From contig NC_088858.1 of the NCBI RefSeq assembly GCF_963853765.1, positions 46,934,001 to 46,998,000 on the forward strand: a DNA stretch of 64,000 nt. Reading direction: 5' to 3'. Shown one piece after another: positions 34,101 through 43,279 of this stretch. Position 1 is the stretch's first letter, and each line of letters starts with the position of its first letter. A model generated the notes under the pieces. It was not told the DNA's origin and made no database searches. It worked only from the letters and a program-made list of their open reading frames with translations. The position numbers and the translations under genes were made by a program. The DNA is from Magallana gigas (taxonomy: Eukaryota).

Positions 34101-36172
34101 AATGTTGTTACCTCTTGTGTGCGTATATTGTCTTTGAAATTCAGGTTCTTTTTTATGATTGAGCTGTTGAATGTTGTTATTCATTGTGTAGAAATATTGT
34201 TTCTGAAATATGTGTTCTTCCTGATGATTAAGATACATCAGTTCCAAAATTTAGCTTCATTTTTATTGCATCATTCAATTGATTCATATATAATGGAGAT
34301 TAGTTTCCAGTACTGCCCAGATTTAAAGATTGTCTTATAAAAATGTTGTACTAAGCTTATTTGCAAGCTATAGTGAATAATGAATGAAATGTTATCTGGA
34401 AGTTGGTTAATATCTTTTGAAATATAAAACCTTGCAAAACTGAAAGTTTGGTCTTTTAAATGAAACTCACAAACCTGACCTCCACTGGTATGTGAATGGC
34501 TGTAATTAATGATTTAAAACTGAATAATTTTTTATGATTTGTTTAGTCGGCGGAGGCAGTGTTGCCAGACTTTATGAAGGAGTACCACGACCTGCGATAC
34601 CTAGTGATGGAGATGGACTCCCAAAAGTTGTATGGACAACTGTCTCGGTAAGATTGTTTAATAAGATGTAATACTGAAAAGTTACTGTGCTCATCTTTTA
34701 CAAACCTGAAAGTGCAATAAAAATTTTCCTTAAAAAAAGTTTATTGTCAGTGCAGTGATAAAAACGCTCACAGTTTCTGCATACCATCAAAAGCTAAGTA
34801 GGACCTCAAAAAGTTACTATTATAAATGTAATAACTTTGAAATGAATGAATGGCCATACATGTATGTCAAATATCCCAGTTGAAGTTATCTCCTCTATTG
34901 CATTGTACATTCAACATTGTACATTCATATATATATATGTATTCCTTTCACCTGTATTTGAATTCTATTATTGTTATTTCTCCATCATATACATGTGTGG
35001 TACTTAAAGAGCAGAGGTAATGAGACTATATATGTGTCAGAGTAAGTTATGTGGCATTCCTGCTATTCCTGGCTAAAAGGCAAGACTTTAATTTGATTAC
35101 TGTAAATTCTTAATTAAACGTGAGGAATTAATTTTTGCATAAAATTGCAAGAAGCAGTCCTGGCTGATTTTAAAATCCCGCTCTAATTTTTCAGACAGAT
35201 TTTGAGCTATATGAAACCATAACAAAAAATTGGTGCTCGCGATTTTATATTCTTGCTGTTTGATGCAAAACAGCAGAATCGCGGAATTATATAAGTACTC
35301 GCGTAAAATAAGGAATTTACAGTAGTAGAAAGCTTCATTTGTAAGTCTGAGGATTAGGGTTCAAGGTCCAGCAGTGGCAGTATCTGTTTTTGTTAGACAC
35401 GTCTCCTATTCATCCATCATTTGTGTATTCTACAGGTGTCGTCTGTCCAGCGGGAAGGTGATATGGCTGTGTGATGAGCATGCCAAGGAGATGAAGGTCA
35501 CAGTGCTGGCCAAGGATGCAGTGTCCTTGCAGAAGAAGGCCGCCAGCACAGAGCAACCAGAGTTCATTGCTAAATGGCTGCGTGAAATTAATGCAGAAAA
35601 ACTAGCCAAAAAATTCAATTCCGCTGAGAAAGTCAAGAAGAATTTCAATCGTAAGTTTTCAAACTAGAGGTTAATGATTGTAATTTAGATTTTTGTAGTT
35701 ATCATCATTGAGTCATATTTTGATCATATTTTGAGTCTGTATTCTATTATAAATTAAGTTTTCATTCAAAGTTTTTTTGCTTTGCTTAATAAAAAAGAAC
35801 CTAAATAATCTTGATAGATTAAATCTGAGAAAAATTTATTCTGCAGAGGAACTAGTGGATAAAGCAATGCTGCAGGCTAGTTTTGCAAAAGAAGACACAG
35901 AGAATTACAACAGTGACATCCAACAACAAATAATGGCCGACCTGAAAAAGGGTCTGGCTCCAAGTCAGGTGAAAGGACAGGAGAAGCGGACGGTCTTACG
36001 TCATGGGTCAGCGGTCAAAAAGCAGGAGGTGCAGAAGTCAGAGGCCACCATACAACGACATGCCACCACCTCACTAGTGTCACCCCCAAGGTCAATCACC
36101 TCACCCCCCACATCGGGGCAGTCCACCCCCAAAATGAAAAGACCCACCAGTCAAGCCTGCTCTGTTATGTAG
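324..36172 (+). CDS. Multi-exon Roco-family GTPase, 5'-partial (C2-LRR/EF-hand-Roc-COR-TIR-TIR-C-terminal domain-CaaX), ~1924 aa in window
   Basis: Manual splice model, all GT-AG and phase-consistent: join(324..413,544..680,1343..1432,1901..1984,2823..2901,3651..3731,4044..4157,4331..4479,8219..8287,8869..9151,10258..10605,11195..11406,11734..11866,12935..13129,13514..13679,13910..13977,14391..14491,14718..14864,16002..16091,17951..18057,18975..19062,19469..19618,19999..20178,20346..20444,21135..21229,21561..21826,21920..22012,26754..26856,27208..27439,27688..27866,28851..28953,29369..29551,31476..31652,31980..32130,32385..32500,33905..34081,34547..34647,35436..35650,35847..36172). Total 5777 nt; the first exon starts in phase 1, so upstream exons lie outside the window; stop TAG at 36170-36172. 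Confidence 0.9.
774..990. mobile_element. MITE family A (Tc1/mariner-type, TA-flanked)
   Basis: Inverted termini tactgtgaatttctt / aggaatctacagta. Related copies at 2945..3192, 31722..~31900 and 35098..35324. Confidence 0.65.
1608..1828. mobile_element. PIF/Harbinger-like MITE (CWG target duplication)
   Basis: ctg|ggctgcgttttacaaaagaacttacgac ... gtcgtaagttcttttgtaaaacatagacc|ctg-like termini; a reverse-oriented sister copy lies at 37702..37920. Confidence 0.65.
2583..2769. mobile_element. Small MITE
   Basis: Inverted termini aaaagtggttatttaa / ttaaataaccactttt. Confidence 0.5.
2823..9151 (+). CDS. Roco gene exons 5-10: ~258-aa region of unrecognised fold
   Basis: Six exons (775 nt) with canonical splice sites bridge the C2 and LRR regions in frame; I recognise no motif. 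Confidence 0.7.
2945..3192. mobile_element. MITE family A copy
   Basis: Termini tactgtaaattcctta ... taggaatctacagta. Confidence 0.65.
4499..4872. mobile_element. PIF/Harbinger-like MITE, second subfamily
   Basis: ctg|ggctgcgttcaagatcgtagc ... gctacgatcttgaacgcaacc|ctg: TIR ~21 bp, 3-bp CTG duplication. Confidence 0.75.
5061..7977 (+). mobile_element. Helentron-type non-autonomous element (HINE) carrying ~15 monomers of a ~166-bp satellite (Cg170-like)
   Basis: 5' ttttagctcacctgagc; (GTC)n microsatellite; tandem monomers marked by aaaaatcttcttctcaaaaacta every ~166 bp; 3' subterminal inverted repeat gctcaggtgagc and ggcccctgggcc hairpin; T-rich flanks. Confidence 0.85.
10258..13570 (+). CDS. 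Roco gene exons 11-15: leucine-rich repeats interrupted by an EF-hand island
   Basis: LxxLxLxxNxL repeats (LVLTKNNLTSLP, LKIVDLSENILESIP, LQVLNISRNLMNELP, LETLYANGNCFTTLP, LRYLNLSYHGLVHIP). Exon 13 (11734..11866) encodes FKAFDEDGNGILDQNEI. Confidence 0.9.
12031..12715 (+). mobile_element. Short copy of the same Helentron-type element (1-2 monomers)
   Basis: 5' and 3' ends near-identical to those of 5061..7977, with a collapsed central array. Confidence 0.85.
13630..17990 (+). CDS. Roco gene exons 15-20: Roc GTPase domain
   Basis: G1 P-loop GLGEAGKTS (13654..13679 plus 13910), switch I ITDGIDI, G3 WDFAGQ followed by YYNTHHFFLSNRAVY, G4 VGTHID, G5 VSSLTG. Confidence 0.95.
14595..14745 (+). 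repeat. 56-bp triplication of the exon 18 splice acceptor
   Basis: t[g/t]cagtttt-c motif with AG at 14604-05, 14660-61 and 14716-17; ctgtatatagctcacacatgtaa appears twice. Confidence 0.8.
14935..15330. repeat. Dispersed repeat with a central palindrome
   Basis: Palindromic core catacaaattttcataacacg...cgtgttactcaatttgtatg; the same sequence blocks recur rearranged at 55805..56085. Confidence 0.5.
16117..16163. repeat. (GA)n microsatellite
   Basis: Uninterrupted GA run. Confidence 0.95.
17991..22012 (+). CDS. Roco gene exons 20-27: COR domain
   Basis: Typical COR motifs: IPMAWLELE, AVAFLHDLGSLQHF, VVNPQWIVDVMACVV, LVPCLLP, FDYLPAGLFNR, CPDC...LQC...HTISVVDL. Confidence 0.9.
18267..18901 (+). 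mobile_element. Second HINE family (DINE-1/CvA/Pearl-like) with ~3 monomers of 166 bp
   Basis: 5' ttatacccccgc, (GTCT/GTCC)n microsatellite, period 166 (aaatgacgac at ~18490 and ~18656), 3' inverted gtgggggtat and gtgagcattggctcac hairpin. Confidence 0.8.
23006..23068 (-). mobile_element. tRNA-derived SINE-like head
   Basis: Reverse complement ctcggTGGCGCAATGGgtgtagcttcaatctaccaatctgaaggtcccaaGTTCGAATACCgc has Pol III A-box and B-box motifs at tRNA spacing; I could not fold a clean cloverleaf. Confidence 0.45.
23843..24787 (-). CDS. Nested B-box/coiled-coil (TRIM-like, RING-less) protein, ~314 aa
   Basis: The ORF track gives 23843..24853, but its first ~20 codons contain a polypyrimidine/AG acceptor (ttttgttgcag, AG at 24815-24814), so the likely start is ATG 24787. 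B-box1 CDLC...CVEC...CSVCKHHH...HH; B-box2-like CPIH...CDFC...CDMC; helical E/K-rich region; ends PEFVPG...FGKL. It lies wholly inside Roco intron 22013..26753. Confidence 0.8.
   Translation of the reverse strand: MRFLMTLGMTDCCYEHQAQSHGLLQEHTKTALLMKSPSQMSAISGGVNKGDICDLCKKYEKVDNHCVECNKDMCSVCKHHHLRAKVSAKHHPISLKLWESHTGILQCPIHSDSFTTLYCDFCQKMVCDMCGKNLNTNDPRPCFSRSKKEEMMCMLDLYKKGKLTLEGLTFEECHLLEECLIEDQFIQSELVDKVKARIHEEVEENRSLIAGYQEKFEAWYQKICQDFVAKMKKYTKKAENYHGKELIRLYRFAENDMNRPREHVQPLYNIPSPEFVPGKPGVGSVEESFGKLVYDDLNIQWRKHIMLYNLLCAN
25770..26545 (+). mobile_element. Degenerate Helentron-like element
   Basis: Decayed monomers (tcatggcccctgggtc, ttaaatcttagaaaatcttct) and a 3' end ctcgagtgacagtcaaggcctgtgggcct resembling HINE hairpin termini. 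Confidence 0.45.
26754..27760 (+). CDS. Roco gene exons 28-30: TIR domain 1 (catalytic Glu position is Ile)
   Basis: DLFLSYC...DLKNNGYTCWFP...MARALMDSTIFVVFISTSYANDRSCTDIFKYAKLTLGKPMVVIVV follows the TIR/TIR_2 pattern. Confidence 0.8.
27458..27517. repeat. Compound (CT)n/(GTCT)n microsatellite
   Basis: Visible directly in the sequence. Confidence 0.85.
27808..31570 (+). CDS. Roco gene exons 30-33: TIR domain 2 (catalytic Glu retained)
   Basis: ECFISYCW...FLEKNSIRCWIDVERIGMNGLFDEIARGLLECKVVVACVSDDYVESPSCCKEFRYACTVLNLPLVICVV; the Glu codon is 29468..29470. Confidence 0.88.
29537..30152 (+). repeat. 50-bp minisatellite, ~13 copies, starting at the exon 32 splice donor
   Basis: Unit aggaggcagagtgaggtagggtcctacatgttatgtaactaaaatgttag; the donor position recurs at 29552, 29602, 29652 ... 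30149. Confidence 0.95.
31980..35490 (+). CDS. Roco gene exons 34-38: Roco C-terminal (post-COR) domain
   Basis: Motif series YPRLF, HILCE, GWH, HAPYL, LRYLVMEMD, YGQLSR, GKVIWLCDEH resembles the tail I recall from kinase-less Roco proteins. Recall only, not searched. Confidence 0.6.
32516..33013. mobile_element. Palindromic non-autonomous element, full plus partial tandem copy
   Basis: ttatactttcatgttaaatactgaaat starts both 32518 and 32871; internal hairpin ggtaactgttgaaattgacacccc...ggggtgtcaatttcaacagttacc. Confidence 0.6.
33378..33855. mobile_element. MITE with ~35-bp TIRs
   Basis: atctgatcaaaatcagatccttgattcgctcctt / aaggaacggatcaaggatctgattttaatcagat. Confidence 0.65.
35098..35324. 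mobile_element. MITE family A copy
   Basis: Termini tactgtaaattctta ... taaggaatttacagta. Confidence 0.65.
36158..36172 (+). other. C-terminal CaaX prenylation motif CSVM-stop
   Basis: TGC TCT GTT ATG TAG, preceded by the basic stretch PKMKRPTSQA. Confidence 0.75.
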
Positions 36173-37236
36173 GGACCAGGGTGCATTGTACCAGACAGTT
36201 AGGTTTACACAACCATTTGGAAAATATATATCAGGGAAGTTCTATCTGTGATATAAATTATTTCTTAATCAAAAGATACAATATGACTGGCGGTTATCTT
36301 GCTCACATGTAGCATATGTTCACATTAATGTATGGTATTGTGTACACAAAATGCATCTGGATGCAATATGGGAAGGGAAAGAAAATCTAAGGTTGTAGAA
36401 TATTGGTTATGTTTGAAAGAAGAGCAGTAGATCCACATTTTTTGCAATTTGCTTTAAATTTCTTTTTTGATGTTTTATAACCAATCTTTTTTGTTTGGAC
36501 ATACTCTCTTTATCAGTTAAATGTGTGAAATTGAACCATATTTGTAAGATTTTTTTCTGTCAGCACAGAAGATGCTAAGTTTTGCGTATTTGTTTAAAAT
36601 TGTTACTTTGTTGATTATCATTTTCCACATTTTTTCATACCTTTATTGATGCTTTAAAATTTTATTTTGGGGTGTCTTATTTTGTTTTCTTTAAAAATGA
36701 TATTTCTTAAGTTTATGAGGTGCTTGATGTGCAGTTTACTGTTGAATCTTGTCATCAATTTGAAATATCTTCTATGATATGAAACTGTGATATAATTATT
36801 TACTGGCTTGTAGAGTTATTAACATGGGGTCTTTTCCCACAATGTCCATCATCTATTACCTGTTCTTATTATTTATGCATGATTTTATATGTTATTTATG
36901 TAGATATTACATGAACAGCACTCCTCATTTAGAGAGGTTTTATACAGAGGAAGAATGGGACACTTCCTTTTTGGGAAATACCTCGATATTTTGTACGGTC
37001 CCTTTTTGTGGTTTTGCTCAGTTTGTTTATGATCATTTTGTTGATTGTATGTCAAAGTAAACTCTGTTAAAATTCAATATACAGTGCACTTTATTGATAT
37101 ATTGAATGTTTTGAAATCCATATAATTTTATCATCCCTAACAGTATCTTTTTTAAGTGTCCCATTTCTTCTTACGATACTACTTGTAGTATTTAGTTGAA
37201 CTAGTCACACATTACAAGAAGGCTAACAATCTTGTT

Positions 37237-37242
37237 AATAAA
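37237..37242 (+). promoter_or_regulatory. Candidate polyadenylation signal of the Roco gene
   Basis: AATAAA ~1.07 kb after the stop codon, following a T-rich UTR-like stretch. Confidence 0.35.
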
Positions 37243-37701
37243 CATTTCATGAAAATATACTTGTAGAATTTTCTAATTTATATTTTTGAAATATTATAGC
37301 TAGTATACTCATTACTAGAAACTGTCCATTTTGTATACTTTTGTATTATTTAAGCTTTATTTATTTCTACTAAAGCCGTCCAAAATTCATTATTGTTACA
37401 ACTGTATGAAGAAGTGATACTTTACATGTATGAAGCATTTACATTTGTTCTAAAGTCTAGTTGTAAACTTTTCAAAGGGTAAACATGTATACACATTATG
37501 TCTGAACAAAGATTTATTTCTGTATTTTGAGAACAACCGCAGGTAAAGCTAAACCCACTTTTGATTATTTAGCTATATATGATGGTACTATAATTTTCAT
37601 AATGAATTTATCACATTGACTTTGTTATAATAATTGCTGTTCACCCTATATGATGCTGAAAACGTCCCCTTATTTGTTTTGTCTTACTTAAATAGTACCA
37701 G

Positions 37702-37920
37702 GGCTGCGTTTTACAAAAGAACTTACGACTTACGACCAAATTAATGAATCTTTATTAATCACAAACTATTCAATATTTATTGTAATAGCTGTCAAATATA
37801 ATTATGAAAATCAAAATAGTTGTAAATAAATGGTTTGATAAAAATTTTGTTCATTAAAGACCGTTCCATGAGACTGAAAATATTTATGACTTTGTCTAAG
37901 TTCCTTTGTAAAACGCAGCC
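37702..37920. mobile_element. PIF/Harbinger-like MITE, sister of the 1.6-kb copy
   Basis: cag|ggctgcgttttacaaa ... tttgtaaaacgcagcc|ctg; the interior is the reverse complement of the 1608..1828 interior. Confidence 0.7.
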
Positions 37921-39350
37921 CTGATCTTTTGTAGGTATTATTCTAAATCTGTGCATGAAATTGGTATAGCTTAATTATCTCTCTTATTTGTTTCCTCTTT
38001 CTTACTCCTCTATTGTAGGTGTTATTCTAAATCTGTGCATAAAATTGGTAATACCTTATCTCTCAAATTAAAAAAAAAAACTATCAATACTTGTACAATA
38101 GCAAACATATTTCTTTGTAGTTGATAATTTGTATATTATGCACAGCGAAAGTAGTGCCATTGATAATAAAAATTAATAATATCATAATAAACCGTAACAT
38201 AGCCAAATTGAATGTCTTATTTGTATTTTGATTATCAGTCAACGTCAACTTAAAGCAAGGATTCCAATTAATAAAAGGGATTTTATTGTGGTAATTTGCA
38301 CCGAAAAACTTTTTAATTGGAATGCACACCATACTTTGGTGCATCGAACCTGAACCATTTTTGTCCGCTAGAATATTAGCTTTACTTCTTACATTTCACA
38401 ATTACATCCAATTAAGTCCATGTTCATTCTATCGGAGACATGATGTAGATATATTATCCACATCCATCATAAAAGACTGAGAATAAACATACGGTATTGT
38501 TGATAGTGTAACCAAAACGACCCCAACATCTTGTACATGTGAGCATTATGAAAGTGAAGAGCAAAAAGATGTGTCAATATTTTTAAATGATCGTAATTTT
38601 TATGGAGTAGGTGACATCGATTTAATAATTGATATGTAGCTTTACATTGTCAATGTTTGCATCTTAATTTTATCGAACATCAATTTCAATTATTTGAAGC
38701 GAGAATAAAAAACGGTATCGATATTCACATGTACAGTGTATGACATATCATCGTTCATTTTACGTTGTATTTAATTAAGATTCTGATGAATATCGTCATT
38801 AGGTTTATTAAATCGTCAATAATGATAGAGACTTGTTTCGTAAATTTTAAATATTTTATACGATAATGTTAATTTTGTTTTCTACACTGCGAAAAGAAAA
38901 CGATCGATATTATGTCAATACTTACATCATGTCCCTGATACCATGGTTCGCTTTGTGGCAAGCCAAATTACGTAAATAAGGTAAACATAGTTTCAAGGTT
39001 AATAAATTAGGTTTATCGACTGTTAACTATAGTGTGCGAACCGCAAACCATACTTAAAGAATAGTTTATTATAGTTATCATCTGTGAAACTATACTTAAC
39101 TGTTGCAAACAATAGTTTATGAATGATGATAATCTAAGTTTATCTGTCTGCTAATAACGTTAACGATAGATTTTGCTGATAAACATATATAGATTCACAT
39201 CTGGAAACTGTAATTTACAACCGTTGACTAAAGTAAAGATTTGTTAATCATAGTTTCACACTATTGAAACTATATTCATCAGATAAACTTTGTTTTGCAA
39301 TCATAAACGGTTGTATTCATAGTTTTACTCTTTTAAAACATAGGTAGGGC

Positions 39351-39896
39351 ACGCCAAATTCACAAAAATGAGCTAAATGAGGTTCACATTTGATAAATTA
39401 GGTTTGTCGACTGTTAACTATAGTTTACGAACCGCAAACCATAGTTAAAGATTCGCTAACTATAGTTTTTATCTGCAAAACCATATTTAACGTTTGTAAA
39501 CTGTGGTTTACGAATGATAATCTAAGTCTATCTGTCGGCAAATAACGTTAACGATAGATTTTGCTGAAAAATACATAACATCTGTAAACTATAATTTACA
39601 TTCGTTAATTATAGTTAAAAGCTGTTAAATCATAGTTTCACAATTGTAAAACTATATTTATCAGATAAACTATGTTTTTCAATCGCAAATGGTTGTTTCC
39701 AGTGTTAATTATACATGACTGTAGTTTCACACTTCTGAAATATAGATGATTTCGTTAAGTATGGTTTTCAGACGTGAAATATAGATTATCGTCGTTAACT
39801 ATAGTTTTCTGTCCGTAAACTATAGTTTACAACCGTTAAACCTACTGGTTTGTCGACTGTGAAACTAAGATTAGCTTAATTTTGTGAATTTAGCGT
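39351..39896. mobile_element. MITE with 26-bp TIRs, preceded by a diverged partial tandem copy (~38960..39325)
   Basis: acgccaaattcacaaaaatgagctaa / ttagcttaattttgtgaatttagcgt; interior rich in aactatagt motifs; the block at 39003.. aligns with 39394... Confidence 0.7.
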
Positions 39897-42315
39897 ACAT
39901 TTTGGGTGCGCGTGATTTATGTTAACAATGATAATATTTGAAATCTCGGCATGGTCAGATGCAGCATCTCAAACATTACTTAACGTACATACACGATGCT
40001 TCAAAGGGAAACATTGAAGGTTATAAGGTCTTGCGAGACATTGTTTTCTTTGAAATTATCTAACATATTAAGGAATCACTCTTTTACTTTATTCGGCGAT
40101 CATTGCATTCGGGCACGTGATCAAGTTTAATAAAGGACTTTACTAGTATGTAAGATTCGATCACGTACCGACTTCAGAGACAACTCCCCACCAAAAAGTC
40201 AAATAATGATTTCTTCTTATTTATATTTACATTATTTTTCCTTTATTGTATGAGCAATAATAAAAAAAAATCCACTGGAAAATATAAATCTTAAAAAGTA
40301 CTAAAATTATGGACTCGAATTTTTGTTTTAATACCGGTAAATTGGGGTGAGACCTACTGTCAATTGTTTTAGATATTATAACCAGTGTATTAAACGTAAT
40401 TGTGCCAACCGGGGCTCAATTTTTTCTACTATTTTAAGCAAAAATAAGTCCTAAAAATCCGGAATTTGAACTGGAAGACTATCTAATCCAAGGGAGGGGC
40501 CCTATCTTCCATGATGTTTTCCTGGAAAGTGCATGGTTTCAGCAATATTTAATTCGATTATCTTCTTTTTCACATTATGCTCCTCGAGCTCAATCTGAGT
40601 TTTTCACAGGCTAAATATACAGTGAAGTGTATATTTGATTCGTAAATTGACGATAAACGAAAACTTGAACGAAAAGAGTATTTTTATAGACCCTAAAACT
40701 ACCTAACTCTAAATTGAACCATGCATTCCTTCTTGCTCCCTCATACTGGGTTTTAATCCAAGTTGTACTAATTTACCATGTTCTAATTTTTAGTTTGAAG
40801 AAGATGGATAGTAATGGATTACATAACAGAGTCGTAAAACCAATGTACATGTATCTATGTCACTTTCCTTGACGTCATTTAATTCGGTAGTTTTGTTTAA
40901 CACCTAGAAGAGATAATGGTGGACTTTTCATATATAGAAAATATTTCTATTGATTTTCAAACACCTAGAGGATATATCATAAGTACAAACGTACATTTAA
41001 AAGCACACAACAGACAAACAATTGGGTTTCTGGGCACTTTTCTTAATATAAAGACGTCTTTATGAATACCATATCATCAAATCAAACAAAGTATCGGGGG
41101 TATTTCTTCTTTTTACAAAATATATATCCTATGTTGGGTGGTACAATGCTTTCATGTAATCTTACATACATACATGTTGTACCACAACAAAAATGGACCT
41201 GGACCCTCCATTCACGGAATAAATTCAAATGATCTAGTGATACAGAGTGAGACATGTTCTATTGAAAATGAAAGGTGTGTTGTGTTGTGGTTTCGCGCCA
41301 GTTACTGTTTCTACTAAATAAACCTTTTGGTCTCTTTCCGCTTAATTAAAAAAGCGTCATTAATCTTGTTTAATTAAAGAAAACACATGAAAATCTAGTG
41401 GTGAAATGGCCTAGAGGGATACGGGACTACAAGTCTATTGTTTAAACAGACGTGTTAAGACAGAGTTTGACATTTTTTTAAATGACAAAACACAAGAAAA
41501 GCCAGTGGATTCCTTCCTGACATCTTCAACACAAGGTGTATCCGATGTTATTACAGGGAGGATCAGTGGCGACATTAAAAAATTTCAATAAGATCTTAAG
41601 TAATTAATATAGTGGTTAATTAATTGAGTTTCATATGTGGTTTTGTATTATTTTAGACAATGTCGTGTAAATCTTCATTAATTAGATGCAAAGCCATTGG
41701 GTTTACTTTTGAAAACGGAAACTTTATTCAAACTGAACGTGTCGACATCAAGCTAAACTATACAAAAAATATAAACCGAGTATGTCTAACGAAAGTACAA
41801 CAAAATGCTTGACGACTCAAGGAATGTGATGTTGGTTTGAGATTCATAAAAATTGCTGGGGTCGTTTGGGTTAGTGAAATAGAGGAGCCTGGTTGATTTC
41901 ACTGTTTAAGCAAGGAATTCAAAATGGCCTATTAATAGAATTAAAACCAGAATTTAATTAACCAGAGTACATCGATGCAGTTTAACGTGAAAGGTATTTT
42001 ACGTACATTTAAATACATGTACGATGGCAATTCTTCGGAGTACAATGACATTTTGTGGAGAAAAACAATTATTAAAAAAACATAAACTAACTAAAAAATG
42101 GCTAACACGACTGCTGGTCGCGACACTGAAAGATTGATCTATCTGCTCGCTTGTTCAGCTACTCATTTTCCCATCTACAATTCCAGCATTTTGAGACTTA
42201 AAAACATGCACGTTTTAACTATCATATGATAGAAAATGGCATAACCCAACTACAATTGAATATCGCATTAATATTTTTTGGCATCTCTATTTCCGTGATT
42301 TTCTTGATTGATGTA

Positions 42316-42319
<4 letters not shown>

Positions 42320-42391
<72 letters not shown>
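42320..42391. repeat. (AT)n microsatellite
   Basis: Uninterrupted AT run of ~35 units. Confidence 0.95.
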
Positions 42392-42395
<4 letters not shown>

Positions 42396-42770
42396 CAGCA
42401 GTAAATTTTATATACATCTTGAGAAAACAGAATAGATTGATCAATTGATTGATTGATTATGATAAATCAACTTAAACACTAACAGTCCGTCGTTGTTTCC
42501 AAGAGTACTCACTATAAACCAAGAAAATTAATTAATTTAGTAGCGTACACATATTAGATTAGTTAATGAAGAGTTGAAACGACATCAATTAATCACCAAA
42601 TGACTGTCATGCACAATTTCTTTATACTTTCAATGAATAGTAAATAAGATTTCTCGGTGTAACAATTTCATTGTAAAGGAAATATAAGAAATCAAGAAAA
42701 ATACAGATTTATATAAAAATATAATCCAAAATACCGGAAACAAAATATTAATGTAACAACAGGGGGATGT

Positions 42771-43279
42771 TTAAATCATTCCGGCCTTTGCCATGACGGA
42801 TCGTGGAATTGGGGGCTGGTTTCGGTAATAAAAAGCCTTATAAGTCTTCTTCGGGCCGATAGGGAAGAAAGCGCCATTTTTGTAGTCATGTGACTGCACA
42901 ACGACAGCATTTCCTACGTACAGTGGTTTGGGAACGTCCCCCATTGACATTACGCTGACCGCTTCGTCCACCCAGACACGCTGGAAGTTCCTCTTACGGA
43001 TCGGTGGCACTTTTTTCTCGGCTACCAGCACACCATCGACGTAAACTTTGTCAGACAACAATATTTCGCAGTACACCTGCGTCATAACAAACAAAATCAC
43101 CGAGGCTGCAAGGACTTTCTGAAATAAGGTACAAAGGACCATAAGAAATTTGTTTCATGCTAATAATTCACGGATTATGAAAGATGAATACAACTAAATT
43201 GTTTCGAATTCTGTTTATGAAATGTCAAAAATGTTTATCTCTAATTCTTGAAAATAAATAAAGAATGTCTTACCTCCAT
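42771..43279 (-). CDS. Small secreted Val-rich basic orphan protein, 117 aa
   Basis: join complement(43274..43279, 42771..43118): caacATG GAG|gtaag ... atttcag|AAA GTC gives MEKVLAASVILFVMTQVYC-EILLSDKVYVDG...; hydrophobic N-terminus with a VYC-type cleavage site; GC-richer than the flanks. Confidence 0.75.

Noticed and set aside
13630-36172. Calling the gene LRRK2, LRRK1 or MFHAS1
   Set aside because: There is no kinase or WD40 domain after COR, and the TIR/CaaX architecture differs from MFHAS1; orthology cannot be claimed without a phylogeny.
36824-37060. 78-aa ORF after the Roco stop codon
   Set aside because: Lies in the T-rich putative 3' UTR, with no motif or codon-like composition.
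41395-41590. Short GC-richer open stretch (RDTGLQVYCLNRRVKTEFDIF...)
   Set aside because: An in-frame stop follows the ATG, there are no convincing splice partners and no recognisable motif.
42226-42435. 69-aa ORF with a poly-YI tract
   Set aside because: Produced by the (AT)n microsatellite.
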